Shown: piece after piece, positions 36,081-46,439 of the stretch
How the letters are laid out: each line of letters begins with the position of its first letter
Position numbering within the stretch: position 1 is the first letter of the stretch
NCBI GenBank assembly: GCA_030648495.1
Contig: JAUSHV010000045.1
Coordinates: 1-54,804, forward strand
Source of the DNA: a bacterium
Lineage (GTDB): Bacteria; Patescibacteriota; Minisyncoccia; UBA11713; 2-01-FULL-45-33
Length of the DNA stretch: 54,804 nt
Direction of reading: 5' to 3'
The notes under the pieces: generated by a model
Seen by the model: only the letters and a program-made list of their open reading frames with translations
The model's database searches: none
What the model was told of the DNA's origin: nothing
Program-made: the position numbers and the translations under genes

Positions 36081-37148
36081 CAATGCCTCTATCCCAGGCA
36101 AAGTTCCTTTTGCCAGAAATTCCAGCATGGCGCCGCCTCCGGTGGAGATGAAATCAAAGTTCTTCTCAAGTTTCATTTGGCGGATGGCCGCAACCGTGTC
36201 TCCCCCTCCGACAACACGATAGGCTTTCGATTTTCCGAGATCTTGTGCGAGACGGCGCGTCCCAAAATCAAATCCGTTTTCGCAAAAGCCCAGTGTGCCG
36301 TTCCACAAGACAAATTTTGCGTTTTTAGCCAGCTCCCCTAAAACCTTGACTGTTTTCGGTCCGGCATCGTAAATCAAATCTTTTTTTTCTATTTCCTTCA
36401 ATGAAATAATTTTCTTTTTTCCGTTGCGCAGGGCAATGGCATCTTCCGGAAGCAAAATTTTGTTGTTCCATAAAATTTTATTAGGAATTTTTATTGATTC
36501 AACTTTCGAGGCTCCTATAGATGTGCCGCGCAACGCCAAAAAAGTATTTCCCAGAGCGCCACCGACAAAAACGGCGTCTGCATGTTTTAAGAATTTCTTA
36601 ACCAAAGGTTCTTTGGTCTCAAACTTTTTCCCGCCTAAAATAAATAGGAACGGATGCCTTGGTTTAAAAAACTTTGAAAGTTCCGCTATCTCTTTTTTCA
36701 ATAATGGCCCGGCCTCGTGCGGAAGATATTTAGGCAGAGAAATTATCGATGAGTGCTCCCTGTGCGAAGCCGCAAATGCATCATTTATATAATAATTGCC
36801 CCAAGACGCAAGGGTATGCGAAAAAACTAAGTTATTTTCCTTTTCTCCTTTTTGGAGTCTCAGATTATCTAGAAGCGCGATATTTGCTTTAGACTTCTGA
36901 AAAAAATCAGCAGGCATTTCAAATATTTTGCCTTTAACGAAAATGATTCTAGGGAAATAAATTTTTAGATGTTTATAAAGAGCGTTCAAACTTGGATTCT
37001 GGCCCTCTTGTTCGGCATGCGTAATTAAAACTACCTTGGCGCCTTTTTTCAGCAATGTTTTTATAGTAGGCAGAGTACGCTGAACCCGGTATTCGAACGG
37101 GAAGTTAAAATCAACCCTTAAAATTACGCGTTTATTTTTTAAGTTCAT
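36069..37148 (-). CDS. pgk: Phosphoglycerate kinase (compact)
   Basis: RVDFN, NDAFAASHR, LGGKK, WNG, GGGDT, STGGGAMLEFL. Confidence 0.93.
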   Translation of the reverse strand: MNLKNKRVILRVDFNFPFEYRVQRTLPTIKTLLKKGAKVVLITHAEQEGQNPSLNALYKHLKIYFPRIIFVKGKIFEMPADFFQKSKANIALLDNLRLQKGEKENNLVFSHTLASWGNYYINDAFAASHREHSSIISLPKYLPHEAGPLLKKEIAELSKFFKPRHPFLFILGGKKFETKEPLVKKFLKHADAVFVGGALGNTFLALRGTSIGASKVESIKIPNKILWNNKILLPEDAIALRNGKKKIISLKEIEKKDLIYDAGPKTVKVLGELAKNAKFVLWNGTLGFCENGFDFGTRRLAQDLGKSKAYRVVGGGDTVAAIRQMKLEKNFDFISTGGGAMLEFLAKGTLPGIEALKKR

Positions 37149-37924
37149 TGCGCCGCCTCTCCGGCCTCTTTTACTATTTTAATAAATTCCTGCGCCCTTA
37201 GACTGGCTCCCCCTACCAAAAGCCCATCCATGTTTCCGTCTTTAATAAAAGAAGCGGCATTTTGAGAGGTAACCGACCCGCCATAAATAATAGGAATCTT
37301 TGAAGCAATATTTTTACCGGCGATTTTATAGAGGTCCCTGCGAATCAATATCGTTATTTCAAAAGCGTGTTCGGGCGTTTCCGCGTGCCCCGTACCTATC
37401 GCCCAAATCGGCTCATAAGCAACTATTAGGTTTCTTAAAATCGTCTTTTTTATTTTTGAAAGCGCCAAATGAAGTTCTTGGCGCATGATAACCGGAAAGG
37501 CTTCTTCTTTATTCCTCTCTTTCTCTCCAATACAAAGAACTGCTTTCAGTCCTCCCTCCAAAACGGTTTTTAACTTTTTTTGGACAATCTCATTTGTTTC
37601 GCCCATTGCCCTCCTTTCAGAATGTCCGACTATGACAAACCCTACGCCAAATTGTTTGATTTGCGCCAAAGAGACCTCTCCGGTATATGCGCCTCCGCCA
37701 GCTGGCGGACCTTTTTCATAAAATACGTTCTGCGCCCCAAGCTTTATTTTTTTAGCTTTTCCTGCGAACTTGGCAACCGCCGGCAGATATATGGTCGGGG
37801 GCACAAGCACGACATCCATATTTCTTAAGCTATGGGGTTCCGCAGAAACTTTTCGCGCAAGTTTTACCGCGTCGGAGAGCGTTTTGGGGTTCATTTTCCA
37901 GTTACCAATTATAATCTTTTTCAT
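37145..37924 (-). CDS. tpiA: Triosephosphate isomerase
   Basis: GNWKMN, GHSERR, AYEPIWAIGTG, YGGSV, LVGGASL. Confidence 0.97.
   Translation of the reverse strand: MKKIIIGNWKMNPKTLSDAVKLARKVSAEPHSLRNMDVVLVPPTIYLPAVAKFAGKAKKIKLGAQNVFYEKGPPAGGGAYTGEVSLAQIKQFGVGFVIVGHSERRAMGETNEIVQKKLKTVLEGGLKAVLCIGEKERNKEEAFPVIMRQELHLALSKIKKTILRNLIVAYEPIWAIGTGHAETPEHAFEITILIRRDLYKIAGKNIASKIPIIYGGSVTSQNAASFIKDGNMDGLLVGGASLRAQEFIKIVKEAGEAAQ
37694..37709. repeat. 16-bp perfect palindrome in tpiA (reads PPAGG)
   Basis: TCCGCCAGCTGGCGGA, identical to 4939-4954. Confidence 0.85.
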
Positions 37925-37928
37925 AAAA

Positions 37929-38927
37929 CTATTTCCTTAAAATTTTAGCGGCCTCTTCCGGAGAAACCTTGACAATATCAATGCCCGCGCCCAATTCCAG
38001 TCCTCCCCAAATCGCCAGCCGCGGCAATATTTCCATGTGCCAATGATAATGCTTTTCATTTTCTTTTTTCGGCGGAGCAGTATGGATGAAAAAATTATAA
38101 TCAGGATTTTTGAGATTTTTATAAATTCTTCTGAAAACAACATGCATCGCGTCCGCAAGGTCTTTTTTCCGGCTTTCATCGATGATTTCAAATCTAGACT
38201 CATGATTTTTGGGGAATATTCTTATCTCGTAAGAGACTTTTGAGGCGTACGGCGCAATTACGGCGAAAGATTTATTTTGATAAATTATTCTTATTTTCTC
38301 TTTCATTTCCGATTTGAGCATATCGCAATGCACGCATCTCTTTGTGTTTGCAAAATATCTTCTGGAGCCTTCTAGGCTATTTGCCACATCTGGCGGAATA
38401 ATCGGCAAAGCAAAAATTTGTGAGTGAGGATGAGGCACAGAAGCCCCGGCTCGCGGACCGGAATTGTGTAAAATCAAAATAAATTCCATGCACGGCGCGG
38501 CTCTTAACGCCTGGTAGCGTAAAATATACGATTCTAAAATAATTTCGATTTCATCTTTATCCATTAATCCGAACGGCTTCATGTGGTCGCGCATAATGAC
38601 AAGCTCCTGAAATCCGTTTCCCGGAGTGGATTCATAGAGACCGCGCTTTATTACAGGCACGCAAGTCTTATTGGTTATGACTACCGGATATTTATTTTCG
38701 TACACTCTTACCAACCAGTCTTTCGCGTCGGCTTTTCCTTTCTTGGGCAACCAAAGCAAATTCTTGCCTTGTTCAGACTGGACGATGTTTTCGAACGGAC
38801 ACTTCGACTTGGGAAGCGCCTTAGTTGGTTCGCGAGTAAAAAACATCGGTTTTTTTGATTTTTGCGCGGAAATTAAAACCCAGTCACCGGAAACAAGGTC
38901 TTTTCTGAATTCAATTATTTTATTCAT
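37929..38927 (-). CDS. galT: Galactose-1-phosphate uridylyltransferase-like (GalT/HIT)
   Basis: CPF, NKYP, GASVPHPHSQ, CVHC, YHWHMEILPR. Confidence 0.88.
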   Translation of the reverse strand: MNKIIEFRKDLVSGDWVLISAQKSKKPMFFTREPTKALPKSKCPFENIVQSEQGKNLLWLPKKGKADAKDWLVRVYENKYPVVITNKTCVPVIKRGLYESTPGNGFQELVIMRDHMKPFGLMDKDEIEIILESYILRYQALRAAPCMEFILILHNSGPRAGASVPHPHSQIFALPIIPPDVANSLEGSRRYFANTKRCVHCDMLKSEMKEKIRIIYQNKSFAVIAPYASKVSYEIRIFPKNHESRFEIIDESRKKDLADAMHVVFRRIYKNLKNPDYNFFIHTAPPKKENEKHYHWHMEILPRLAIWGGLELGAGIDIVKVSPEEAAKILRK

Positions 38928-39661
38928 ATTATTAGCCGTCTTATATATTTCCTAATTTTATACACTTCCCAGAGAGTTTTAAAGTATGAGCCCAAGCTTA
39001 CATGCGTTGCCGGGTCATTTTTCCAATCTGCGGGGATGATTGCAATCTTTAGGTCAAACTTTTTTGCGATTGCCAAAGCTTCAACATCAAAAGCCCAACG
39101 ATCAATTTTAGCAAGATTAAATATTTTCTCAGCCGCGTGGTCGCGGAAAGCTTTGAATCCGCATTGTGTATCCCAAATCCCCCTTACCGCCATCCATTGG
39201 ATGTAGAGATTGCCAAGATTGCCCAAAAGCCGCTTCCACCATTTTTGCTTGATATTTTGTTTGGCTCCAGGAGCGTCTTTTTCGTCCCGCGAACAAATAA
39301 CAACTTCGTATCCTTTGTCAAAAAACGGCCGCATTTTCTCAAAATGAGAAATGTCTGTCGCGTTATCCGCGTCCGCAAAAAGACGTATCTTGCCGTAAAC
39401 CTCGAGCATACCTTGGCGCACTGTGTAGCCTTTCCCCTTGTTTTCTTTTCTGTCGATAACGCGTAAATTTTTTATTTCGTTACTCATTCTGCCAACAATC
39501 TCCGCAGTGCCATCTTTTGATCCGTCGCTTACCACCACAATCTCGTAAGTATAGGCTTGTTTGGAAAGATGTTCCTGAAACCGCTGCAAAGTCTTACCAA
39601 TCCGTTTTGATTCGTTGTAAGCAGGCACTATAACCGAAAGATAAATATCAGGCTTGGGCAT
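38924..39661 (-). CDS. GT2 polyprenol-phosphate glycosyltransferase
   Basis: VPAYNE, DGSKDGT, NKGKG, DAD, DTQCGFK, FDVE. Confidence 0.92.
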   Translation of the reverse strand: MPKPDIYLSVIVPAYNESKRIGKTLQRFQEHLSKQAYTYEIVVVSDGSKDGTAEIVGRMSNEIKNLRVIDRKENKGKGYTVRQGMLEVYGKIRLFADADNATDISHFEKMRPFFDKGYEVVICSRDEKDAPGAKQNIKQKWWKRLLGNLGNLYIQWMAVRGIWDTQCGFKAFRDHAAEKIFNLAKIDRWAFDVEALAIAKKFDLKIAIIPADWKNDPATHVSLGSYFKTLWEVYKIRKYIRRLII

Positions 39662-39680
39662 GAACATATTTTAGCATATC

Positions 39681-40433
39681 CTATACTTTTGTTAGAACTT
39701 CCACGCCGTTTTTTGTGACTACCATTGTATGTTCAAAATGTGCCGAGCGGGAGCCGTCGCGGGTGAGCCATGTCCAGCCGTCTTTTGCGAGTTTTACTTT
39801 AAAATTGCCCTCTGTAGCCATAGGCTCGATAGCTATAACCTCTCCTTCACGGAGCTCCGGCCCGTCGCCGCGATGCCCCCAATTTGGTATCTCGGGCTCC
39901 TCGTGAACGGCGCTTCCAACGCCGTGGCCCACAAGTTCACGAACCACGCCGAAGTCTTCTTTTTCTAAACATTGCTGTATTGCAAATCCTATGTCGCCGA
40001 CTCTCACGCCGACACGGACTTGGGCAATTCCGATTTCCAAAGATTTTTTTGTTACATCAATTAATTTATTTTTACCGCCTCCTACTAAAAGCGTCATCGC
40101 GGTGTCCGTAAATAATCCATCGTACCGCATTCCGATATCCAATCCGACCACGTCGCCATTTTTCAAAGCTCGGCCATTTGGTATCCCGTGCACAACCTCT
40201 TCATTTATAGATACGCAAAGAGTTCCGGGATATGCTGTTGGAGCTCCGTAAACTTTGTATCCTTTAAACGACGGCTTGCCGCCTACTTTTAAAATTAATT
40301 TTTCTGCAAGTTCATCTAATTCTTTTGTTGTAACCCCTTCTTTGGCGGCCTCCGAAACCTCAACCAAAATAGCGGCAAGTCGCTTGCCGCCATCCCGCAA
40401 AATTTCAAGTTCTTTTTTATTTTTGATTATCAT
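39681..40433 (-). CDS. map: Methionine aminopeptidase type I
   Basis: SINEEVVHGIP, GHGVG...HEEP, IEPM, SAHFEHT. Confidence 0.96.
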   Translation of the reverse strand: MIIKNKKELEILRDGGKRLAAILVEVSEAAKEGVTTKELDELAEKLILKVGGKPSFKGYKVYGAPTAYPGTLCVSINEEVVHGIPNGRALKNGDVVGLDIGMRYDGLFTDTAMTLLVGGGKNKLIDVTKKSLEIGIAQVRVGVRVGDIGFAIQQCLEKEDFGVVRELVGHGVGSAVHEEPEIPNWGHRGDGPELREGEVIAIEPMATEGNFKVKLAKDGWTWLTRDGSRSAHFEHTMVVTKNGVEVLTKV

Positions 40434-41095
40434 AAATTCAATGCTTTTATGATGTCTTTATGGGTATCTTCAATAGATTGTTCGCCGTTGATAATTTTTA
40501 CCCTGTGCAGGCCTTCAATGAATTTTATGGCCGGAACTGTTTTCTGGGCATACTCATCAGTCCGCATCTGAAGCACTTCTTTTTGGTCAAGATCGCGGGT
40601 CTCCAAAACGCCGTCTCCCTCGGGGCATTTTGTCCCCGGTGTAAAAACATCTGAACGGATATAAACATGCCTGCTGTCGCGGTTGCATATGAGCCGCTTC
40701 TCCACTCTTCTTTTGAACTCGTCCACGCTTATTTCTATCAACAATACGTAAACATTTTCTTTGCCCAATAATTTAACAACCTCAGGGAAAACGGCTTTGG
40801 CTTCGTATAATGTCCGCGGCGTCCCGTCATATATAATACCCTTAGCCGTTTTTATAATTTCTCGGGTCTTCTCCAATACTACGCGTGTAGTCCATTCAGC
40901 CTCAAAAAGCTTACCTGTCTTATAAAGCTCTACCTGCCGCTTTGTTTGTTCGTCATCATGGCTATTTATGTATTCTTTGCCCTCGCGGCTCGTAGTAAAA
41001 TGGTAAAAACCCATTTTCTCCGCCAAAATTTTAGCTTGAGTTCCTTTGCCGGAAGCGGGACGACCAAAAAGAAAAATAGCGACTTTTTTATCCAT
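40430..41095 (-). CDS. adk: Adenylate kinase (start MDKK)
   Basis: GRPASGKGTQA, DGTPRT; position between secY and map. Confidence 0.9.
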   Translation of the reverse strand: MDKKVAIFLFGRPASGKGTQAKILAEKMGFYHFTTSREGKEYINSHDDEQTKRQVELYKTGKLFEAEWTTRVVLEKTREIIKTAKGIIYDGTPRTLYEAKAVFPEVVKLLGKENVYVLLIEISVDEFKRRVEKRLICNRDSRHVYIRSDVFTPGTKCPEGDGVLETRDLDQKEVLQMRTDEYAQKTVPAIKFIEGLHRVKIINGEQSIEDTHKDIIKALNL

Positions 41096-41096
41096 A

Positions 41097-42359
41097 TTAT
41101 TCGTACGCGCGAAGGGAAATCTGGCCTTCAATTTGTTTGGCGGTCTCCAAAACTACGGAGACGACGATAAGAAGCGAGGTTCCTCCAATTGTAAGAGTGG
41201 TAATGCCAGTTGCTCCCTGCAAAAGCGACGGCATGACGGCGATTATTCCCAAAAACAAAGCTCCTGCAAGCGTGATGCGGCTCACTATCTTGTAAAGATA
41301 TTCTGCCGTATTGCGCCCGGGGCGGATGCCCGGCACAAATGCCCCGCTTTTTTGCAAATTAGTAGAAATGGCGCTTGGATCAAAAGTTACGAAAGTATAA
41401 AAATATGTAAATAGAAAAACCAGAATAAAATAGCCCAAAGCATGGTACCAATTATTAGCCAGAAAACCCAGGACAAAAGAAGATATGTTTTTAAGAATGA
41501 AATTTGAAGAGCCCGACAAAAAATTGGCTACCATCTGAGGAAGAAGCAAAATGGACAACGCAAAAATTATCGGAATAACTCCGGCTTGATTGACCCGCAA
41601 AGGCAAATAAGTAGTCGAGCCGCCGTACATGCGCATTCCCCTTACACGCTTCGCGTAGTAAACGGGAATAGGCCGCTCTCCCTCCGATATTACGATTACT
41701 GCGGCGATTGTGATAAGCGCAACGGCCAAAAAAGCAATGAGCGTCGGTAACTGCGATGGATCATAAGCTATCAGCGTTTGACGCGCGTCAGACGGAAAAC
41801 TTGCCACGATACCGGCAAAAATTATTATAGACACTCCGTTGCCGACCGAATACTCGGATATCAATTCTCCTATCCACATTAGGAGAATTGACCCGGCCGC
41901 GACTATAAGGAGGCTACCTAAGCGTTGAGACAAAGTAAAATGAAAGATTCCCTGCCGCTCAAAAATAGTTAAAAGCGCAAATCCCTGGACCAAAGCCAGA
42001 GGAAAAGTAAGTATTCTTGAATATTGGTTGAATTTTTGCCGACCGGCTTCGCCCTCTTCCTGATAAAGTTCTTTTAAACGCGGAATCATCATGGTCAAAA
42101 GCTGCATTATAATTGAGCCCGTAATGTAAGGGCCTACTCCCAGCATGACTATTGAAAGATTCGAAAGACCTCCGCCAGAAAAAACATTGAGCAGGCCGAA
42201 TAGCTGGTTTGCGGCAAAAAATTGCTTTAATTTATCGGCGTCTATTCCCGGTACGGGGATGGAAGCGCATAACCGAAACACCGCTAAAAACAGCAAAAGA
42301 TATAAGAATTTTTTGCGGAGGTCCTTGTCTTGAAAAATCAGCTTAGCTTTGTCCCACAT
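41097..42359 (-). CDS. secY: Preprotein translocase SecY
   Basis: LGVGPYIT, GNGVS, AGVIPIIFA, PGIRPG, GGTSLLIVV. Confidence 0.98.
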   Translation of the reverse strand: MWDKAKLIFQDKDLRKKFLYLLLFLAVFRLCASIPVPGIDADKLKQFFAANQLFGLLNVFSGGGLSNLSIVMLGVGPYITGSIIMQLLTMMIPRLKELYQEEGEAGRQKFNQYSRILTFPLALVQGFALLTIFERQGIFHFTLSQRLGSLLIVAAGSILLMWIGELISEYSVGNGVSIIIFAGIVASFPSDARQTLIAYDPSQLPTLIAFLAVALITIAAVIVISEGERPIPVYYAKRVRGMRMYGGSTTYLPLRVNQAGVIPIIFALSILLLPQMVANFLSGSSNFILKNISSFVLGFLANNWYHALGYFILVFLFTYFYTFVTFDPSAISTNLQKSGAFVPGIRPGRNTAEYLYKIVSRITLAGALFLGIIAVMPSLLQGATGITTLTIGGTSLLIVVSVVLETAKQIEGQISLRAYE

Positions 42360-42781
42360 TATTTTATTTTATTCTTAACTGCGGCGGACATCAACAAGTC
42401 TTTATCAAAGATAAGTTTTTTGGTTAATTTGCCAATACCCAAAATTTTTACCTTAGGCATTTTACCTCCCACAGGCCGAATCAGGCTCTTTGCCAATAAA
42501 GATTTCGGGGTTATTTTGTCTCCATTATTAAAATTCTTCTCTAAGACCTCCAAATTCACGCCAGCCGGCTTACTTGCAACAGAACGAGCAAAATATCCGC
42601 GCCTTTGTCCGCGCCTTTTGTGGATTTTCTTGATCATGTCCCTTATTTGCGGGCGGATACGGTGTCCTGAACGGGCCCTTTGTCCCTTGATGCCTTTTCC
42701 GGAAAAAGAACCACGCTTGCCCCCTCTTCCTACTCTCCTCTTGACTCTACCGTGTGCTTTTTGTAATTCGTGCGATTGCAT
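42359..42781 (-). CDS. rplO: 50S ribosomal protein L15
   Basis: RVGRGGKRG...GQRARSG. Confidence 0.95.
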   Translation of the reverse strand: MQSHELQKAHGRVKRRVGRGGKRGSFSGKGIKGQRARSGHRIRPQIRDMIKKIHKRRGQRRGYFARSVASKPAGVNLEVLEKNFNNGDKITPKSLLAKSLIRPVGGKMPKVKILGIGKLTKKLIFDKDLLMSAAVKNKIK

Positions 42782-42785
42782 TGTT

Positions 42786-43262
42786 TTATTTCTTTGTTTT
42801 TAAACTTTTAATCGCTTCCATCGTGGCTCTCGCGTTGTTGATCTTGTTTTTCCCGTGCGAAAGAATTTTCGCGCTCGCGTTCTTCACTCCCGCTAAAGCC
42901 AAAACCACGCGCGGCGCGCCTCCGGCGACCAATCCTTTTTCCTTGCCAACCTTGGATGGTTTTAAAATAACTCTGGCGCTAGCATATTTTGCGTAGACCT
43001 CGTGAGGAATTGAACCGTTTGCCGTCAGAGGAACGGATATCATATGTTTTTTCGCATCTCTTAAAGCTTTTTCAATCGACTGGGAAGTGTCGGCCGCTTT
43101 ACCCAGACCAAAACCGACGTCTCCTTTTAAATTTCCGATGACCAAAGCCGCGCGAAAAGTAAATCGCCTTCCGCCCGCGACAACTCTCGCGACCCTGCGC
43201 AGGTCAATGAGTTTTTGTTCGTATTCGCTTTTTGGCCTTGGTGGCCTGTCTGGTCTTGCCAT
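42786..43262 (-). CDS. rpsE: 30S ribosomal protein S5
   Basis: RVARVVAGGRRFTF. Confidence 0.97.
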   Translation of the reverse strand: MARPDRPPRPKSEYEQKLIDLRRVARVVAGGRRFTFRAALVIGNLKGDVGFGLGKAADTSQSIEKALRDAKKHMISVPLTANGSIPHEVYAKYASARVILKPSKVGKEKGLVAGGAPRVVLALAGVKNASAKILSHGKNKINNARATMEAIKSLKTKK

Positions 43263-43288
43263 AAAATTTAGAAATTAAGTATTAGTAA

Positions 43289-43642
43289 TTAGAACTTAAG
43301 ACCCCCCTCCCTCGCGCCTTCGGCTATTTTTTTAACACGGCCTTGATATTTGAACCCTCCCCTGTCAAAAACAACCTCGCGGATGCCTTTTTTTAATGCC
43401 TGCTCCGCAAAAGACTTGCCTGATGCGAATGCTTTTTCCGATTTCGTCATTTTCTTTTTACCGTCAACCAACGCATCGTCCATCAGCCCGATTATTGTTT
43501 TACCCTTCTCATCATCTATCATCTGCAAAAAAACATGTTTGTTTGATCTTGAAACGGCAAAACGCGGGCGTGACGCAGTACCCGCAATTTTTGCCCTTAC
43601 TCTTTTATGCCTGAAAACTCTTTTTGATATTTTTCTATTCAT
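43289..43642 (-). CDS. rplR: 50S ribosomal protein L18
   Basis: RPRFAVSRSNKH, VFDRGGFKYQGR. Confidence 0.96.
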   Translation of the reverse strand: MNRKISKRVFRHKRVRAKIAGTASRPRFAVSRSNKHVFLQMIDDEKGKTIIGLMDDALVDGKKKMTKSEKAFASGKSFAEQALKKGIREVVFDRGGFKYQGRVKKIAEGAREGGLKF

Positions 43643-43652
43643 TTTAGTTTTA

Positions 43653-44195
43653 TTAGGCCGCTGAAACCGCTTTTTTACCTGCCTTTCTTCTAATAACTTC
43701 ACCGAAATAATGAATGCCTTTTCCCTTGTAAGGTTCCGGCAATTTTTTCGAGCGGATATCGGCTGAAACCATACCTACTGTTTCTTTGTCTATCCCGGTA
43801 ACAAAAATCGCGTTTTTCTCAACTTTAAAAGAAATATCTTTGGGCGGAACAATAATAACTTTATGTGTGAATCCCAAAGATAAAATAAGATTGGCGCCTT
43901 CCATCTGTACTTTGTACCCGACTCCTTCGATTTCAAGTTTTTTTTGAAATCCCAAACTCACACCGGCGATGGCGTTTTTTACCAGCGAGGCTGCCGAGCC
44001 CAAAGACGGGTCTTTTTTCTTCTCTTCCTTTTTTAAGGTCACGACCAAAGACGCTCCTTCGAGCTTGAATTCTATGTTTTCGGAAAAAGTTTTTTTTAGC
44101 TCTCCTTTCGGACCATTAAAAATAAGTGTGTTGCCTGCTACGGTCACTTTTACTTCCGCCGGAATATTTATCGGTTTTTTTGCTAAACGGCTCAT
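43653..44195 (-). CDS. rplF: 50S ribosomal protein L6
   Basis: GPKGEL, PEPYKGKGI, RRKAGK. Confidence 0.97.
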   Translation of the reverse strand: MSRLAKKPINIPAEVKVTVAGNTLIFNGPKGELKKTFSENIEFKLEGASLVVTLKKEEKKKDPSLGSAASLVKNAIAGVSLGFQKKLEIEGVGYKVQMEGANLILSLGFTHKVIIVPPKDISFKVEKNAIFVTGIDKETVGMVSADIRSKKLPEPYKGKGIHYFGEVIRRKAGKKAVSAA

Positions 44196-44201
44196 ATTTA
44201 T

Positions 44202-44594
44202 TTACCAAATTTCGAATAAAATTTCTCCGCCTACTTTTTGTTTTCTTGCCTCGCGATCGGTCAACAAGCCCTTGGTCGTGGAATAAACCGCGGTTCCCAG
44301 ACCGTTCTTTACCGAAAAAATCTCGCCGGCACCCCGATAGATCCTGCGCGATGGTTTGGAAATCCTTTTGACGCCGGAGATCTTCGGCATTCCGTCCGCA
44401 CCGTAAACCAATGTAACCTCGATAAGTTTTTTCTGTTTTTTCCCGTGGTTTTGGGTAGCTCCTATATATCCCCGGCTCTCCAAAATTTTTGCTATTTCGG
44501 TTTTTAATTTAGAGTGCGCGAAAGACACGGTCTCTTTTTTCACCGCTTGCGCGTTCTTTATTCTTATTAACATGTCTGATATTGGATCTGTCAT
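44202..44594 (-). CDS. rpsH: 30S ribosomal protein S8
   Basis: MTDPISDMLIRIKNA, ISKPSRRIY. Confidence 0.97.
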   Translation of the reverse strand: MTDPISDMLIRIKNAQAVKKETVSFAHSKLKTEIAKILESRGYIGATQNHGKKQKKLIEVTLVYGADGMPKISGVKRISKPSRRIYRGAGEIFSVKNGLGTAVYSTTKGLLTDREARKQKVGGEILFEIW

Positions 44595-44598
44595 ATAT

Positions 44599-44784
44599 TT
44601 ACCAAGATGATTTTCTAATACCGGGTATCAAACCTTCGTTCGCCAGCTCCCGGAAGCATATCCTGCAAAGTTCAAACGCCCGCATGTATCCGCGCTTTCT
44701 TCCGCAACGAAAACAGCGGCGAACAATCCTGCTTTTGAACTTGGGAGGCTTTAGCGATCTTGCGTATGTTGAAGTTTTAGACAT
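44599..44784 (-). CDS. rpsN: 30S ribosomal protein S14, zinc-binding type
   Basis: RCFRCGR...LCRICFRELA. Confidence 0.97.
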   Translation of the reverse strand: MSKTSTYARSLKPPKFKSRIVRRCFRCGRKRGYMRAFELCRICFRELANEGLIPGIRKSSW

Positions 44785-45322
44785 TTTTTTGCAAAGGAAA
44801 ACCCATTAATCTTAACAATACTTCGGCTTCTTTTTTGTTTTTCGCGTTGGTCACAACAGTAATTTCCAGCCCAAAAATATTCCTTACATCCTCTCCTATC
44901 ATTTCGGGAAAAATTATATGCTCTCTGATGCCCAAAGTCAAATTGCCACCTTGGTCAATTGCGCGGGGATCAACCCCACGGAAATCCCTCATTCTGGGTA
45001 TGGCCAAGTTTACAAGCCGGCTTAAGAAATCATACATCCTTGTGCCGCGCAATGTAACCCTGTATCCGACGATCATTCCTTCCCGCGTTTTGAAGGACGC
45101 GATGGCTTTTTTTGTCGGACGCGGATCGGCATGTTGTCCGGTTATCAAAGCCAGGTGCTTTACCACGGCCTCAACCGCTTCTTTTTTGTCCCGCATTTTA
45201 CCCGTGCCAACATTTACAACGGCTTTCAAAATTTTGGGTACAGCCATAGGAGTCTTGTAACCGAATTCTTTGATCATTTTCGGCACAACTTCTTTATTAT
45301 ATTTTTCTTTAATTGATTGCAT
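44777..45322 (-). CDS. rplE: 50S ribosomal protein L5
   Basis: ITGQ, VTLRG, PRMRDFRG. Confidence 0.97.
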   Translation of the reverse strand: MQSIKEKYNKEVVPKMIKEFGYKTPMAVPKILKAVVNVGTGKMRDKKEAVEAVVKHLALITGQHADPRPTKKAIASFKTREGMIVGYRVTLRGTRMYDFLSRLVNLAIPRMRDFRGVDPRAIDQGGNLTLGIREHIIFPEMIGEDVRNIFGLEITVVTNAKNKKEAEVLLRLMGFPLQKNV

Positions 45323-45327
45323 AAAAT

Positions 45328-45642
45328 TTAAATTTCACTTTTGCATTTTTTGCAAATTCTAATCTTTTTACCGTCATCTAAAAATTGAAATCCTGTTCGC
45401 GTTCCCTTGCCGCAACTTTTACAGTAAAGCAATACGTTTGAAACATGAATAGGAGAAGGCAGGCTCACAATCTCGCCTTTCTGGCCTTGTTTTCTGGGGC
45501 GCCTGTGAACTTTTTTTATTGCGACCCCTTCCACAACTATTCTGTATGTTTTCGGGAAAAAATTAATAACCTTCGCGGTCTTTCCGCGGTCTTTGCCTGA
45601 AATTACCACCACGCTGTCGCCTTTTTTTATCTTTGTTTTCAT
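45328..45642 (-). CDS. rplX: 50S ribosomal protein L24
   Basis: KKGDSVVVISGKDRGK, PIHVSNV. Confidence 0.97.
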   Translation of the reverse strand: MKTKIKKGDSVVVISGKDRGKTAKVINFFPKTYRIVVEGVAIKKVHRRPRKQGQKGEIVSLPSPIHVSNVLLYCKSCGKGTRTGFQFLDDGKKIRICKKCKSEI

Positions 45643-45644
45643 AT

Positions 45645-46010
45645 TTATACTATTTCCTCCGCAAGCGAGGCTATTTTATTAAAACCTTTTTCTTTAATCT
45701 CGCGCGGAATCGGTCCGAAAATACGCCCGCCTTTAGGTTCCTGACCGTCCAAAATAACCACGGCGTTGTCGTCAAAGCGGATATAGCTGCCGTCGACACG
45801 GCGAAAAACGTTCTTCTGGCGCACAACCAAAGCTTTGTGAACTTCCTTTCTCTTCACGCCCTTCCGCGGCTCCGCAATCTTTACCGTAACAACCACGGTA
45901 TCCCCAATGCCCGCGTAACGCCTCCGCGTGCCGCCCAACACTTTGATGCACTGGACTAGCTTAGCGCCTGAGTTATCCGCAACACTTAACATTGTTCTAT
46001 GCTGTATCAT
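45645..46010 (-). CDS. rplN: 50S ribosomal protein L14
   Basis: MIQ...[20 protein letters not shown]. Confidence 0.97.
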   Translation of the reverse strand: MIQHRTMLSVADNSGAKLVQCIKVLGGTRRRYAGIGDTVVVTVKIAEPRKGVKRKEVHKALVVRQKNVFRRVDGSYIRFDDNAVVILDGQEPKGGRIFGPIPREIKEKGFNKIASLAEEIV

Positions 46011-46234
46011 AATGATTTGACTACTTCCCATTTTTTGCCGTGCGACCTCGGACGGCTTGCTTTTATCTCGACAACCGTACCTTCGGGAATTTCTTCCGCT
46101 GTATGCGCTTTGTATCTGTCTGAAACCTTTGTTTGCTTGCCGTAAACCGGATGCCGTTTTAAGCGCGTGACTTCAACAATGACGGTACTCCGCATTTTAT
46201 TTGAAACTATTTTTCCTTTTAATATTTGTGCCAT
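46007..46234 (-). CDS. rpsQ: 30S ribosomal protein S17
   Basis: [14 protein letters not shown]. Confidence 0.95.
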   Translation of the reverse strand: MAQILKGKIVSNKMRSTVIVEVTRLKRHPVYGKQTKVSDRYKAHTAEEIPEGTVVEIKASRPRSHGKKWEVVKSL

Positions 46235-46236
46235 AT

Positions 46237-46437
46237 TTATTTTTTACTATTTAACACAGTCAATATTCTAGCGATATTTTTCCGCAATTCCCTGGTTTCT
46301 TTCACGTTCTTATTCTTGGATTCGCCTTGCTTCATCCGAAGCTCGAGCATCCTCTCGCGCGCCAGCTTCAAATCAGCGACATTTTCTTCTATGGCGCGGA
46401 GTGCGATATCTTTTGATTTTATTTTTACTTTTGCCAT
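46237..46437 (-). CDS. rpmC: 50S ribosomal protein L29
   Basis: RELRKNIARILT. Confidence 0.93.
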   Translation of the reverse strand: MAKVKIKSKDIALRAIEENVADLKLARERMLELRMKQGESKNKNVKETRELRKNIARILTVLNSKK

Positions 46438-46439
46438 AT

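Noticed and set aside
36069..37148. pgk as a pseudogene because of its shortened N-domain
   Set aside because: The ORF is intact, the C-terminal motifs are conserved, and it is coupled to tpiA.
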